From: Turneriella sp.
GTDB taxonomy: Bacteria > Spirochaetota > Leptospiria > Turneriellales > Turneriellaceae
Length of the DNA stretch: 64,000 nt
Reading direction: 5' to 3'
Assembly: GCA_965279515.1 (NCBI GenBank)
Contig: CBDIID010000003.1
Coordinates: 3,648,001-3,712,000 of the forward strand
Both the position numbers and the translations under genes were made by a program. The notes beneath the pieces were generated by a model. That model worked only from the letters and a program-made list of their open reading frames with translations, had not been told where the DNA came from and did not search any database. The stretch's first letter is position 1; every line of letters begins with the position of its first letter. This document shows, piece by piece, positions 51,176 to 60,256 of this stretch.

Positions 51176-52390
51176 TTATTTCATAAAGTCGTCGAGCGAC
51201 AGGCCGCCGGTATCGGTGCTTTCGCCCGAAGCTTTGCTTTTCATCTTTTCAGGCAGCAGGGTTTCATTATAACTCTTCGCCAGTTCAAAAATTTCATCGT
51301 GTTCGAAATCCTTGCGGATAGAAACCTCGAGGTTAAAATTCGGATCGTTAATCCCTTTCTGCATGATGTGTACGACATCGGTGACGTTTTGCACAAAATG
51401 GCGGCTGTAAATGAACATGAATGAGAGCAGAATCGCGACGATGCCGAAGAAGACCATGATATTCACACGTGCACGTTCCTTGGAGAGCGGCCAGGTGTTA
51501 AAATATACGATCACGTCGCCCTCTTTAACGGGATGCACATGCGAATCGCCCTTAAATTTCAATTCAGGTTTATTCGCGGCATTGTACTTGTAATGCGTCG
51601 CGAGCTGATCGTCCGAGATCGAAGATAACAGCAGATTGCCCTTATAATAAACCTGCGCAATATTCGATTGTTTGGTCTCGATCTGGAACATGAGTCCGGT
51701 GATGAGATCCTTGGCGCGTTCTGTTTTTTCGGTCTCGCTGCCATTCGTGCCGTTTGCGACGGTCTGGATATTTTTCGCGAGTTGCCTGTAGAAAACTTCC
51801 TGGTTCTGTTCGATGTCGTGACCGCCCGTAATCCCCGCGAAAGCCATGAAGCTGTAGACAACGATAAACGCCATCGTGGCGATCGTCGAGATCACCGCAA
51901 TGTGGCGGTTTGCCATCTGTGAATCGGTGTTGTGTATTTTACCCATGACCTTGAGCAGCCGTAAGAGCCGCAGGATACGGCTAACGCGCACTGCTTTCAC
52001 GATCTTGATACTGCTCATGAAACCCAAACCGGCACCGGGGCCGAAAAGATCGGGGTTCAGCATCAGTAAAACTTCGGGGCCGCTCGAAAGAATCAGTAAC
52101 GGGAACGATGAAATGAGATCGATCCAGCCGCGCTGGTGCACCATGTAATGTTTTGCTGCGCCGTGGCGACCCGTGACGACGAGGCGTGCGCCAAATTCAA
52201 AGGTGAAGATTACGTCCGTCGCGCATGAAAGTACCAGAATAATGTTGCGCACCGGCAGTGAGAAATCCAGTACCGTGGCAAATTCGTCGAGCACCGTGAT
52301 AACGAGCGCAAAGACGATCGCAACGATGATAAAGTTCTCAACGATGCTGCCGAGGTAATTGGCTTCGTGGTAATTCTTTTTATTTTCCAT
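51176..52390 (-). CDS. Ion_trans-like voltage-sensor domain fused to an extracytoplasmic domain and a HAMP-like segment
   Basis: S2 DVIFTFEF..RL, S3 WIDL, S4 KIVKAVRVSRILRLLRLLK; no pore signature; C-terminal DEIFELAKSYN. Confidence 0.72.
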   Translation of the reverse strand: MENKKNYHEANYLGSIVENFIIVAIVFALVITVLDEFATVLDFSLPVRNIILVLSCATDVIFTFEFGARLVVTGRHGAAKHYMVHQRGWIDLISSFPLLILSSGPEVLLMLNPDLFGPGAGLGFMSSIKIVKAVRVSRILRLLRLLKVMGKIHNTDSQMANRHIAVISTIATMAFIVVYSFMAFAGITGGHDIEQNQEVFYRQLAKNIQTVANGTNGSETEKTERAKDLITGLMFQIETKQSNIAQVYYKGNLLLSSISDDQLATHYKYNAANKPELKFKGDSHVHPVKEGDVIVYFNTWPLSKERARVNIMVFFGIVAILLSFMFIYSRHFVQNVTDVVHIMQKGINDPNFNLEVSIRKDFEHDEIFELAKSYNETLLPEKMKSKASGESTDTGGLSLDDFMK

Positions 52391-52398
52391 GGTTTGCC

Positions 52399-53319
52399 TC
52401 AGGCCTTCATCGTAAAAGCCATGCGGTTGAATTCTTCGAGCATGCGTTTGTCAAAACCCATGAAGGCGGCGTTTTTGATCTGTACGGAAAACCAGGACTT
52501 ATCGGGTGTCTCAGAACCTTTTTCAGCCTTCTGGCCTTTGCGAAAATCTTTTGTACGTGCGAACATGATTGCGAGAAATTTTCCAATAGGTGTCGCCGTC
52601 GATTCAGAGGCAGCGATAGGTACTTTGAGTGCAACGTTAAGCAGGTCGGGATTAATGCCGGGCGCGACGGAGCGCACGAGGGCCGTGACCTTGTCGAAAT
52701 AGCTCTTTTGCTGGGCGGGTTTGTCCTTGAGGTCGAATGCATTTACGGGTTGTGTACCCACCTGCGGTATCGGAATGCGGATTGCCCCCGCAGGCACGAC
52801 GGCGGCGCAGAGCTTGATGTATTCAGACATGTGCTGCACATCAAGGTTGAGCTTCTGTACGCGAAAGAGTTCGTTGTAGATATAGCCTTTTTCTTCAAAT
52901 GCCGCCGCGACATAACGATCGATATAACTTTCATTGAGCAGCATGCAGTACTGATCGATCATCTGCCGTGCTTCTTTGTGGGCAGCGATTTTTTCGTAGA
53001 GTAGTAACAAATGCGCGAGAACATCCTCGCCGCTACCGATGCCGAGCGTTTCGGGCACGGATACCTCGAAGGCACCGGGCACGACTTCTTTGGCTTTTTC
53101 GAGAATGGACTGCGAGATATACGTGCGGATATCAGCGATCAGTTTGTCGGTGGTTTTGTCGGCCGCGATGCCGGGATAAAATTTCTGGCTGGCGATGACG
53201 GCGGACATCTGCTGTTTGTTCTGCTCTACGAAATTGCTGATTTGCTGTTCGATCATACTGATAGGCTGGCCGTTGAAGTTCGGGTTCGAAATCAGCTTCA
53301 ATATGAAGTCGGAAATCAT
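52399..53319 (-). CDS. Hypothetical cytoplasmic protein
   Basis: 306-aa ORF with SD GAGGA, 8 bp upstream of the voltage-sensor gene. Confidence 0.7.
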   Translation of the reverse strand: MISDFILKLISNPNFNGQPISMIEQQISNFVEQNKQQMSAVIASQKFYPGIAADKTTDKLIADIRTYISQSILEKAKEVVPGAFEVSVPETLGIGSGEDVLAHLLLLYEKIAAHKEARQMIDQYCMLLNESYIDRYVAAAFEEKGYIYNELFRVQKLNLDVQHMSEYIKLCAAVVPAGAIRIPIPQVGTQPVNAFDLKDKPAQQKSYFDKVTALVRSVAPGINPDLLNVALKVPIAASESTATPIGKFLAIMFARTKDFRKGQKAEKGSETPDKSWFSVQIKNAAFMGFDKRMLEEFNRMAFTMKA

Positions 53320-53344
53320 TCTTAATCCTCGGTTGTTTTGATGC

Positions 53345-53722
53345 TTATTTCAAATACATTATTGCTTCGATTTCGACCGAAGCACCCCGGGGCAGCGCGG
53401 CGACCTGGAAGGTCGAACGCGCGGGTTTGTGGTCTCCAAAGTGCCGGGCGTAGACGTCATTCATCGCCTGAAAGTGGGCAAGATCAGTCATAAAGACTGT
53501 GCATTTCGTGATTTTGGTTAATCCCCCGCCCGCCGCTTCGCAGACGGCTTTAACATTCCTGAGAACCTGCTCGGTCTGTTCGGCGATATTCTCAGAAACG
53601 AGGAGGCCCGTCTCAGGCACGAGCGGAATCTGGCCTGATAAAAACAGGAAATCCCCCGCGGCGATTGCCTGCGAGTAGGGGCCGACGGCTGCCGGCGCTT
53701 GGGGTGTCGATACGATTTTCAT
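53345..53722 (-). CDS. ridA: RidA/YjgF family enamine deaminase
   Basis: APAAVGPYSQA, SGQIP, PARS, LPRGASVEIE. Confidence 0.93.
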   Translation of the reverse strand: MKIVSTPQAPAAVGPYSQAIAAGDFLFLSGQIPLVPETGLLVSENIAEQTEQVLRNVKAVCEAAGGGLTKITKCTVFMTDLAHFQAMNDVYARHFGDHKPARSTFQVAALPRGASVEIEAIMYLK

Positions 53723-53783
53723 GCTTCTGGATACCCATGAAAACCGGCGCCGTCAATAATAAAAGGTCAAAAAGCGGGCGAAA

Positions 53784-55838
53784 ATGGACGAAAATAGAAT
53801 GATGAATTCTCTGTTTGGCAACCTCCGGGTGCGCACCAAGATGTCGATAGCGGCGCTGTTAATGCTACTGCCGCTTTTCTACCTGGTAATACAATTCACG
53901 CTAAAGGCATCAGAGGATATCAACTCCACAAAACTGGAGACCCAAGGCATGGACTATATCATGCCGCTCCAGAATATGCTGGATCACCTGCATGGACGCC
54001 TGACCCTCGTGGCCTTCCACGATGAGAAAACCGACAATACGGTGACTGTGAAGGCGCAGACCGACGCCATCAACAAAAACATCGCCGAAATAGATTCCGT
54101 ACATACACGTCTCAGTAACCCGTTCAACATTGAAACGCAATGGAACGATATCAAAGGAAACCTGAAGTATCTGACTGAAATGGCCTTAACCGTAGACAAA
54201 AAGAAAAGCATTGAATTCCATATGGATGTCGCTAAGTCCCTGCTCGGTCTGCAGAATTTCATTCTTGAAAAATCAGCCCTGGAACTCGAGGCAGAAGGCG
54301 GGCCCTATTATCTGATCGATACCTCACTGAAGATTGTCTCTCCCCTGACAGAAACCGTCGCCGGGGTACGCCTGCGGGGTGTGGTTATGCTCATGGAGCG
54401 GGCTGCCCAGATCAGAAAACTTACGGAACTGGAAGGTGCGCGCGGTGTTATTCTGAATCGCGTCGCAGCTCTAGAACACGGCTATGAACGCGTCGCGAGA
54501 CACTTTCCTGAGAAAAAGGCGACGCTGGGAAAACTGTTCGAGACACAAAAACAGGCCGGTGAAAAATATATGAAGTTGTTCACGCAGAACCTGAATGGGC
54601 TGGTCGCCGGCTCGATGGCCGACGCAAAACAGGATTTCGCTGCCTCGTCTGCCTATGTAGAGGCATTGACGCATTTCTCCGTCGAATTGAACACATTGCT
54701 CCAGGCCCGGCTAAGGGGCAGATTGCAGATGCTGCGTATGAAAATGTGGAGCGTCATTTTTCTGACCCTGTTGGGTATCGCTATTTCAGGCGCCATGAGC
54801 TGGATTATCATGCGCCAAATATCAGGCTCCCTCGAAAAAGCCATGATGGTTTCTGAAAATCTCGCGGCAGGTAATCTTGAATTTACCGTCGCCACAGATT
54901 CACGCGACGAAATCGGCGCGTTTATGAAGTCGTTGCAGATCATGTCAGAACGCCTAAAGGGTGTGTTGCGCCAGGTACACCAGAGCGCCTCGGAGATTTC
55001 ACTCGCGGCGCAGCAGGTCGCTAGCACTGCCGAGATGCTCAATAACGGTGCGATGGACCAGGCAGCGCATGTCGAAGAAACCGGCGCTGCGCTGGGCGAA
55101 ATGGTGAATCTCATCGGTAGCAACGCGAAAAATGCCATTGAAACTGATAACACCGCTAACACGGCTTACAAGAATACGCAGATCGGTGCCGACAACGTCA
55201 TGCGCGCCGTCGATTCCATGAAAATCATCTCAGAGCGGATTACCATCGTGCAGGAAATCGCCTCGCAGACAAATCTGCTCGCGCTCAACGCGACGATCGA
55301 AGCCGCGCGCGCCGGCGAGCACGGCCGTGGTTTTGCGGTGGTGGCGACCGAAGTGGGTAAACTTGCCGAAACGAGCGGGCAGGCGGCGAAACAGATCCAG
55401 CAGCTGCTGCGTGAAAGTTCTGCAGTTTCTGAAAGCGCCGCGTCTTCTTTATCCCTGATTACCGCGAGCATGCAGGATACCGCGCAGAAGGTGGTCGCGA
55501 TCCGGCATGCGTCGCAGGAGCAGGACCAGGCGGCGAAACAGATCAGCGAGAGCATGGGCCGGCTCAACCAGACGACGGAGCAGACCGCATCGGCCGCCGA
55601 AGAGCTTGCCGCGACGGCCGAAGAGATGAGTTCGCAGACGGCGACACTCATCGAGAATCTCAAATTCTTCCGTTTTGCCACGGAAGAAGAATCGTTTTCG
55701 CATAACTATTCAGCCGCGAATGCGGTTAAACGTATGGCTGCACGCGAGACGGCATCTGTCAAGCCGCGTCCAAGCCCGACGCCCCGGCAGGGTACCGATG
55801 AATTTATCATTTCTTCGGGCGAATACGAGAAGTTCTGA
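53784..55838 (+). CDS. Methyl-accepting chemotaxis protein (C-terminal EYEKF pentapeptide)
   Basis: 2 [33 protein letters not shown]. Confidence 0.95.
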   Translation: MDENRMMNSLFGNLRVRTKMSIAALLMLLPLFYLVIQFTLKASEDINSTKLETQGMDYIMPLQNMLDHLHGRLTLVAFHDEKTDNTVTVKAQTDAINKNIAEIDSVHTRLSNPFNIETQWNDIKGNLKYLTEMALTVDKKKSIEFHMDVAKSLLGLQNFILEKSALELEAEGGPYYLIDTSLKIVSPLTETVAGVRLRGVVMLMERAAQIRKLTELEGARGVILNRVAALEHGYERVARHFPEKKATLGKLFETQKQAGEKYMKLFTQNLNGLVAGSMADAKQDFAASSAYVEALTHFSVELNTLLQARLRGRLQMLRMKMWSVIFLTLLGIAISGAMSWIIMRQISGSLEKAMMVSENLAAGNLEFTVATDSRDEIGAFMKSLQIMSERLKGVLRQVHQSASEISLAAQQVASTAEMLNNGAMDQAAHVEETGAALGEMVNLIGSNAKNAIETDNTANTAYKNTQIGADNVMRAVDSMKIISERITIVQEIASQTNLLALNATIEAARAGEHGRGFAVVATEVGKLAETSGQAAKQIQQLLRESSAVSESAASSLSLITASMQDTAQKVVAIRHASQEQDQAAKQISESMGRLNQTTEQTASAAEELAATAEEMSSQTATLIENLKFFRFATEEESFSHNYSAANAVKRMAARETASVKPRPSPTPRQGTDEFIISSGEYEKF

Positions 55839-55902
55839 AACAGCGGCTTAATTGCCGCCGATAACGTCCTTGTCAGCGCCGGCCCGAGTACATCCTTGTA
55901 CC

Positions 55903-56670
55903 ATGGCTCTTGAAATTACGACGCAGGGCCGCGTCGCCATCATTAAAATCAACCACAATGCCGCGAATACGCTGACACAGCAAAGTTTCGAAGGATTCCG
56001 CGATGCGCTGAAGAAGTTTGAGAACGACGACAGCATCCGCGTCGTCATCTTTACCGGCAACGATTCAGGCTATTTCTCCAACGGCTTTGAGCCGGCACTT
56101 TTCCTGGGGCAATCCTACGAGTATAACCTCAATGTCTGCCGCCTCGTGAACGAGACCGCGATGTATTTTTTCTTTTTTAAAAAGCCGATCATCGCCTGCC
56201 TCAACGGCCATGCGATGGGTGCAGGTGCGGTGTTTGCGCTGTTCTCTGACTGGCGGTTTATGCCGGCTTCGGGCGCGCGTCTGGGTTTTCCCGAGGCAAT
56301 GCTGGGGATGAACTTCCCGGCCTTTGTCGCGCGTTATATGCAGGATCTCATCGGTGTCACTGCAACGCGCGACATTCTGTTCGGCGCGAAATCACTCAAG
56401 GGCCCTGAAGCGCTGGAACTCAAACTGGCTGACCGCGTCTGTAATGAAACCGAACTTTTCCCGGAAACAATGAAGTTTGCCGAAAAACTGGCGAAAAGCC
56501 CGCTGCAGACACTCACCGGCATGAAACGTGCACGCACAGAATATTACCGGCCGGTTTTTGAAAGCATGCGTGAGAACGATGCTGCCGCGCTTGCTGAAAT
56601 CATGACGAGCCCGGTAACCCAGGAGGGCCTGCGTTCGATTGTCGAGAAACGGCGACCGAGGTTTGACTGA
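55903..56670 (+). CDS. Enoyl-CoA hydratase/isomerase family protein
   Basis: FSNG, KPIIACLNGHAMGAG, LGFPE. Confidence 0.9.
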   Translation: MALEITTQGRVAIIKINHNAANTLTQQSFEGFRDALKKFENDDSIRVVIFTGNDSGYFSNGFEPALFLGQSYEYNLNVCRLVNETAMYFFFFKKPIIACLNGHAMGAGAVFALFSDWRFMPASGARLGFPEAMLGMNFPAFVARYMQDLIGVTATRDILFGAKSLKGPEALELKLADRVCNETELFPETMKFAEKLAKSPLQTLTGMKRARTEYYRPVFESMRENDAAALAEIMTSPVTQEGLRSIVEKRRPRFD

Positions 56671-57740
56671 TGGGAAACCGGCAGGACGATAAGCGCGTTG
56701 CCGTTCTGGCGTCGGGCGGCGATGCACCCGGCATGAACGCGGCGCTGCGCGCGTTTGTGCGTTCTGCGCTATGGGAGCGCTACCAGGTATTCGGGATTCA
56801 AAACGGTTACGAAGGCCTGATCGCCAATGAAATCCGCGAGCTGAGCTCGCGCGACATGGGTATGATCATCAATACCGGCGGAACCTGTCTCGGTACGGCG
56901 CGCTCCGCAGAATTTCAAACCCCAGAGGGACTGAAGAAGGCTGCGGCGAATCTTACGGAGAAAAAAATCGACGCGCTCTGCGTCGTCGGCGGCGACGGTT
57001 CATTCCGCGGGCTCATGGCGCTCAGTGAATATTATAAAGGCCAGGTCGTGGGCATCCCCGGCACCATCGACAATGATATACCCGGCACCGAATATACCAT
57101 TGGTTTTGATACTGCTGTACAGACCGCGGTCGAGGCGATCGACAAGCTGCGCGACACGGCGTTGTCGCATGGGCGGATGTTCTTCGTTGAAGTCATGGGG
57201 CGGCACTCGGGGCAGATTGCACTCTCTGTCGCGCTTGCCTCGGGCGCCGAAGACGTCATCATTCCCGAAGAAAAAATCGATGCCGACGCTTTTGCGTCGC
57301 GCATTGAGTCTGGTCGCAAAAAAGGTAAGCGTTTTGGTATCGTCGTTGTCGCCGAAGGCGCGCAGTGCGATTCGCGCGATCTCGAACGCGCAAAGTCAGT
57401 GCGCGCCGCCGCACCCGACCCGACGGTGAAGGCGGTGCTCGCGGCCGAAGAATCGCCGGCATTCCACTGGGCTGAAGTTTTGCGCCCGAAAATCGGCATG
57501 AATATCCGCGTCTCAGTCTTAGGTCACATTCAACGCGGGGGATCTCCCACGTCATACGACCGCGTTTGGGGTTCGCGTATGGGCGAGGCTGCGGTGCGCT
57601 TTCTCAAGAACCGCATGACAGGAATTTTCACCGCGATGCGCGGCGGGCATATCATACCGGCATACCTTGTCGAAGCCACGCAGGGTGTGCGCGCCGTCGA
57701 GCCGGAGATGGTTCAGCTCGTGCGCATCATGGGCAGTTGA
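56670..57740 (+). CDS. pfkA: ATP-dependent 6-phosphofructokinase
   Basis: SGGDAPGMN, GGDGS, PGTIDND, EVMGR, LGHIQRGG. Confidence 0.95.
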   Translation: MGNRQDDKRVAVLASGGDAPGMNAALRAFVRSALWERYQVFGIQNGYEGLIANEIRELSSRDMGMIINTGGTCLGTARSAEFQTPEGLKKAAANLTEKKIDALCVVGGDGSFRGLMALSEYYKGQVVGIPGTIDNDIPGTEYTIGFDTAVQTAVEAIDKLRDTALSHGRMFFVEVMGRHSGQIALSVALASGAEDVIIPEEKIDADAFASRIESGRKKGKRFGIVVVAEGAQCDSRDLERAKSVRAAAPDPTVKAVLAAEESPAFHWAEVLRPKIGMNIRVSVLGHIQRGGSPTSYDRVWGSRMGEAAVRFLKNRMTGIFTAMRGGHIIPAYLVEATQGVRAVEPEMVQLVRIMGS

Positions 57741-58884
57741 ATAACCTTTGCGCAGAAACACCACCGGCCGCGAGGACGCGTCCGTTTCCCGCCGTGGGAA
57801 CGGCGGGTCTTTCTTCGCAAAGGTTTTTCAACTCCCCATCCTGTTTTTCAGGCAGCAAAGCATCCCAACCGTAGTATCTGACATTTCTCCAAAACGCGTA
57901 TTCGTTCAGGTAAAGCTGACTGTACTTCGGCTTAATGTAATGGTATCCAGCTACGAAGTTTCTTTTCAGCAGTGAATTATGGCCTTCTGCTACTTGGCAG
58001 TGGATTCCATTCTTGCTCCATCTTTCCCTTGCAAAGCGATACCTTTTATCTTTTGATTTCAGTGAATGGTTTATTGTTCTGAAATTCTTATTTATTCCTC
58101 TGTAGAATTTAAAACCTTCGTCCGCAAACAACGGAATATTTTTCGGAATTTCTGCATCTAAAATCGGCCTTAGTGTTGCTGCTGTGTTATCGGGAATGCT
58201 CTGATAGAGTATTGGGCCTTTCTTCCATGAAATTGTATTTACGAGTATTCCTTTTTGTTCACCACCCAAATTATCTGACATGTAGATAGAGGCCGTTAAA
58301 CCCGTGTGTTTATAGCGTTTTCTGCCCTTATTTGCCCTCGCTGAAGCGCTATATAGGGCGCACGTATCTACTTGTGGGATGCTCTTCATTCCGATGATTT
58401 CTTTCAGGTCTTTGTCATGTTCTCTTGGGAAATTTATTTCACCGAGTTCGGTTTTCATTTCTTCATAGATCAGTTTTTTTATTTTCGGGAGTTGCTCTGA
58501 AGCAAGTAGTTGCAGTCTTCTTTTCAGAAATGTTGCGGTGTTCTTTGCTACACCAAGTCTTCTTTGGATTTCTGATGCCGTCAGAACTTTCGGATAACGC
58601 TCTGCACTTTCACTTAGGCACCATCCGAATTTCCACAGTGGCAGTTTGAAATTCTGTAGCGGAGTCCCTATTAATCGGGAGCCTTGGTAATGGCATTTTT
58701 CACATCGAATCGCTGCTCTTCTTGTTGAAATGGTTTTAGTGAGAGGAGTTTTGCAGGTCGGGCAGTGCTTTGGGAACAGGCGGTTGAGTAGTTCTATTGT
58801 GAGTTTTTCGTAAGCTTCCTGACCGGGTACGTTTTCGCGCTTTTTTGAGTGATTGTGGCGTTTATGCGAAGCGGCAAGTTGAAT
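57727..58884 (-). CDS. IS1595-family (ISXO2-like DDE) transposase, copy 1, inferred ATT start
   Basis: Frame open upstream of ORF-track start 58458 up to 58893, adding Zn ribbon CPTC..CEKC and HTH; DDE motifs QVDT, FADEG, AEGHNSLLKR; YLNEYAFWRN. Confidence 0.85.
   Translation of the reverse strand: MQLAASHKRHNHSKKRENVPGQEAYEKLTIELLNRLFPKHCPTCKTPLTKTISTRRAAIRCEKCHYQGSRLIGTPLQNFKLPLWKFGWCLSESAERYPKVLTASEIQRRLGVAKNTATFLKRRLQLLASEQLPKIKKLIYEEMKTELGEINFPREHDKDLKEIIGMKSIPQVDTCALYSASARANKGRKRYKHTGLTASIYMSDNLGGEQKGILVNTISWKKGPILYQSIPDNTAATLRPILDAEIPKNIPLFADEGFKFYRGINKNFRTINHSLKSKDKRYRFARERWSKNGIHCQVAEGHNSLLKRNFVAGYHYIKPKYSQLYLNEYAFWRNVRYYGWDALLPEKQDGELKNLCEERPAVPTAGNGRVLAAGGVSAQRLFNCP
57729..57839. 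repeat. Palindromic module 1 (30-bp imperfect inverted repeat plus internal hairpin)
   Basis: ATGGGCAGTTGAATAACCTTTGCGCAGAAA / TTTCTTCGCAAAGGTTTTTCAACTCCCCAT (27/30); CCCGCCGT-GGGA-ACGGCGGG inside. Confidence 0.85.
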
Positions 58885-60037
58885 AACTTTTCCTCAGAAT
58901 CGCCACTTCGCTCGTTGACTCGCTTCGTTCCCGCTGCTTCACAGCGGGCGCTCCTTTGGAAAAGTTACTCAACTCCCCATTATCCACTTCTGCACTTCTC
59001 TCCGGTAACAAAGCATTCCACCCATAGTATTTAACGTTTCTCCAGAAAGCGTATTCGTTTAAGTATAATTGGGAATATTTCGGTTTAATGTAATGGTATC
59101 CTGCTACGAAGTTTCTTTTCAATAATGAATTATGTCCTTCTGCTACTTGTGTGTTGATTCCGTTTTTAGACCATCTATCTCTTGCAAAGCGATACCTTTT
59201 ATCTTTGCTTTTTAATGAGTGATTAATCATTCGATGGTTTTTGTTTATTCTATAATAAAATTTGTAACCTTCATCTGTGAATACCGGGACATTTTTCGGT
59301 ATGTACTTATCTAAAAGTGGTCTTAAAGTATGTGCAGTATTATCTGGAATTGAATCGTAGATTACTGGTCCTTTTTTCCATGATAATACTTGTGTAAGGA
59401 TTCCTTTTTGTTCACCACCTAAATTATCTGACATGTAGATTGATGCTGTTAATCCACAGTGTTTATGCCTTTTTCGACCTTTATTTGCTCTCTGGCTTGC
59501 GCTGTAGATTGCGCAGGTATCTACTTGTGGTATTCTTTTTTCTTTGATTATTTCTGTTAGATCTTTGTCATCTTCTCTTGGGAAATTTAGTTCATTTAAG
59601 TCTTTCTGCAATTCTTCATGCATTAGCTTTTTTAGTTTTGGTAGTTGTTCACTTGCAAATAGTTGAAGTCTTCTCTTCAGCAAAGTTGAAGTATTTTTTG
59701 CTACTCCAAGTCGTCTTTGTATCTCTGATGCAGTTAATACTTTTGGATAACGCTCTATGCTTTCACTTAAACACCAACCGAACATCCAGAGAGGTAATTT
59801 GAAATTTTGAAGTGGAGTTCCTTTTAGTCTGGAACCTTGATATTGGCATTTTTCACAGCGGATTGCTGCTTTTCTTGTTGAGATAGTCTTTGTGAGTTGG
59901 GTATTGCAGGAAGGGCAGTGCTTTGGATACAGGCGGTTAAGGAATTCTGTCGTTAGCTTTTCGTAAGCTTCTTTACCGGGGATTTTCCCATGCTTTTTTA
60001 GGAGTTTGTGGGGATTCTGCGATGGGGGCAGTTGAAT
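58862..60037 (-). CDS. IS1595-family transposase, copy 2, inferred ATT start
   Basis: Frame open upstream of 59785 up to 60046, adding CPSC..CEKC; QVDT, FTDEG, AEGHNSLLKR. Confidence 0.85.
   Translation of the reverse strand: MQLPPSQNPHKLLKKHGKIPGKEAYEKLTTEFLNRLYPKHCPSCNTQLTKTISTRKAAIRCEKCQYQGSRLKGTPLQNFKLPLWMFGWCLSESIERYPKVLTASEIQRRLGVAKNTSTLLKRRLQLFASEQLPKLKKLMHEELQKDLNELNFPREDDKDLTEIIKEKRIPQVDTCAIYSASQRANKGRKRHKHCGLTASIYMSDNLGGEQKGILTQVLSWKKGPVIYDSIPDNTAHTLRPLLDKYIPKNVPVFTDEGYKFYYRINKNHRMINHSLKSKDKRYRFARDRWSKNGINTQVAEGHNSLLKRNFVAGYHYIKPKYSQLYLNEYAFWRNVKYYGWNALLPERSAEVDNGELSNFSKGAPAVKQRERSESTSEVAILRKSYSTCRFA
58873..58980. repeat. Palindromic module 2 between the two transposases
   Basis: AGTTGAATAACTTTTCC (58877-58893) / GGAAAAGTTACTCAACT (58958-58974), 16/17; CCCGCTG-CTTCA-CAGCGGG inside. 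Confidence 0.85.
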
Positions 60038-60162
60038 AACTTTTCCTCAGAATCGCCACTTCGCTCGCTTATGGAATTTTATCTTGTCGGCGCTATGCCA
60101 CTTTTTGCGCAGAGAAGGAGATTCCTGGAAGGCTAATCTTTGCGTCGGAATGTTTTTCAATT
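60022..60162. repeat. Module 3: left arm intact, right arm degenerate
   Basis: 60030-60067 is identical to 58877-58914 (38 nt); weak closing arm GGAATGTTTTTCAATT at 60147-60162. Confidence 0.6.
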
Positions 60163-60256
60163 ACAAGCTTATTGTGCAGAGGACTTTCATGAATCCTTGC
60201 CGTATCTTCGTAAGTCTCAATCCGCGTAACGGGAATTCCCTTGAAAAAGAAACACT

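Larger units (their letters stand above)
57727..60162 (-). mobile_element. Tandem IS1595-family element array inserted at the 3' end of pfkA
   Basis: Two paralogous transposases, three related repeat modules, abrupt shift to AT-rich sequence; exact ends and target duplication unresolved. Confidence 0.75.

Noticed and set aside
51176..52390. Conventional voltage-gated K+/Na+ channel
   Set aside because: No selectivity-filter or pore-helix motif between the last two TM helices.
57290..57470. Ala-rich insertion in PfkA (around AQCDSRDLERAKSVRAAAPDPTVKAVLAAEES) as an intein or mobile insert
   Set aside because: Far too short and lacks splicing motifs; it falls in a variable loop.
57727..59785. 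Treating the two transposases as truncated pseudogenes, as the ORF track suggests
   Set aside because: Both frames continue without stops through the HTH and Zn ribbon to a shared SD/ATT context.
57715..60175. 8-bp target-site duplication around the IS array
   Set aside because: No matching direct repeat found flanking any pairing of the arms.
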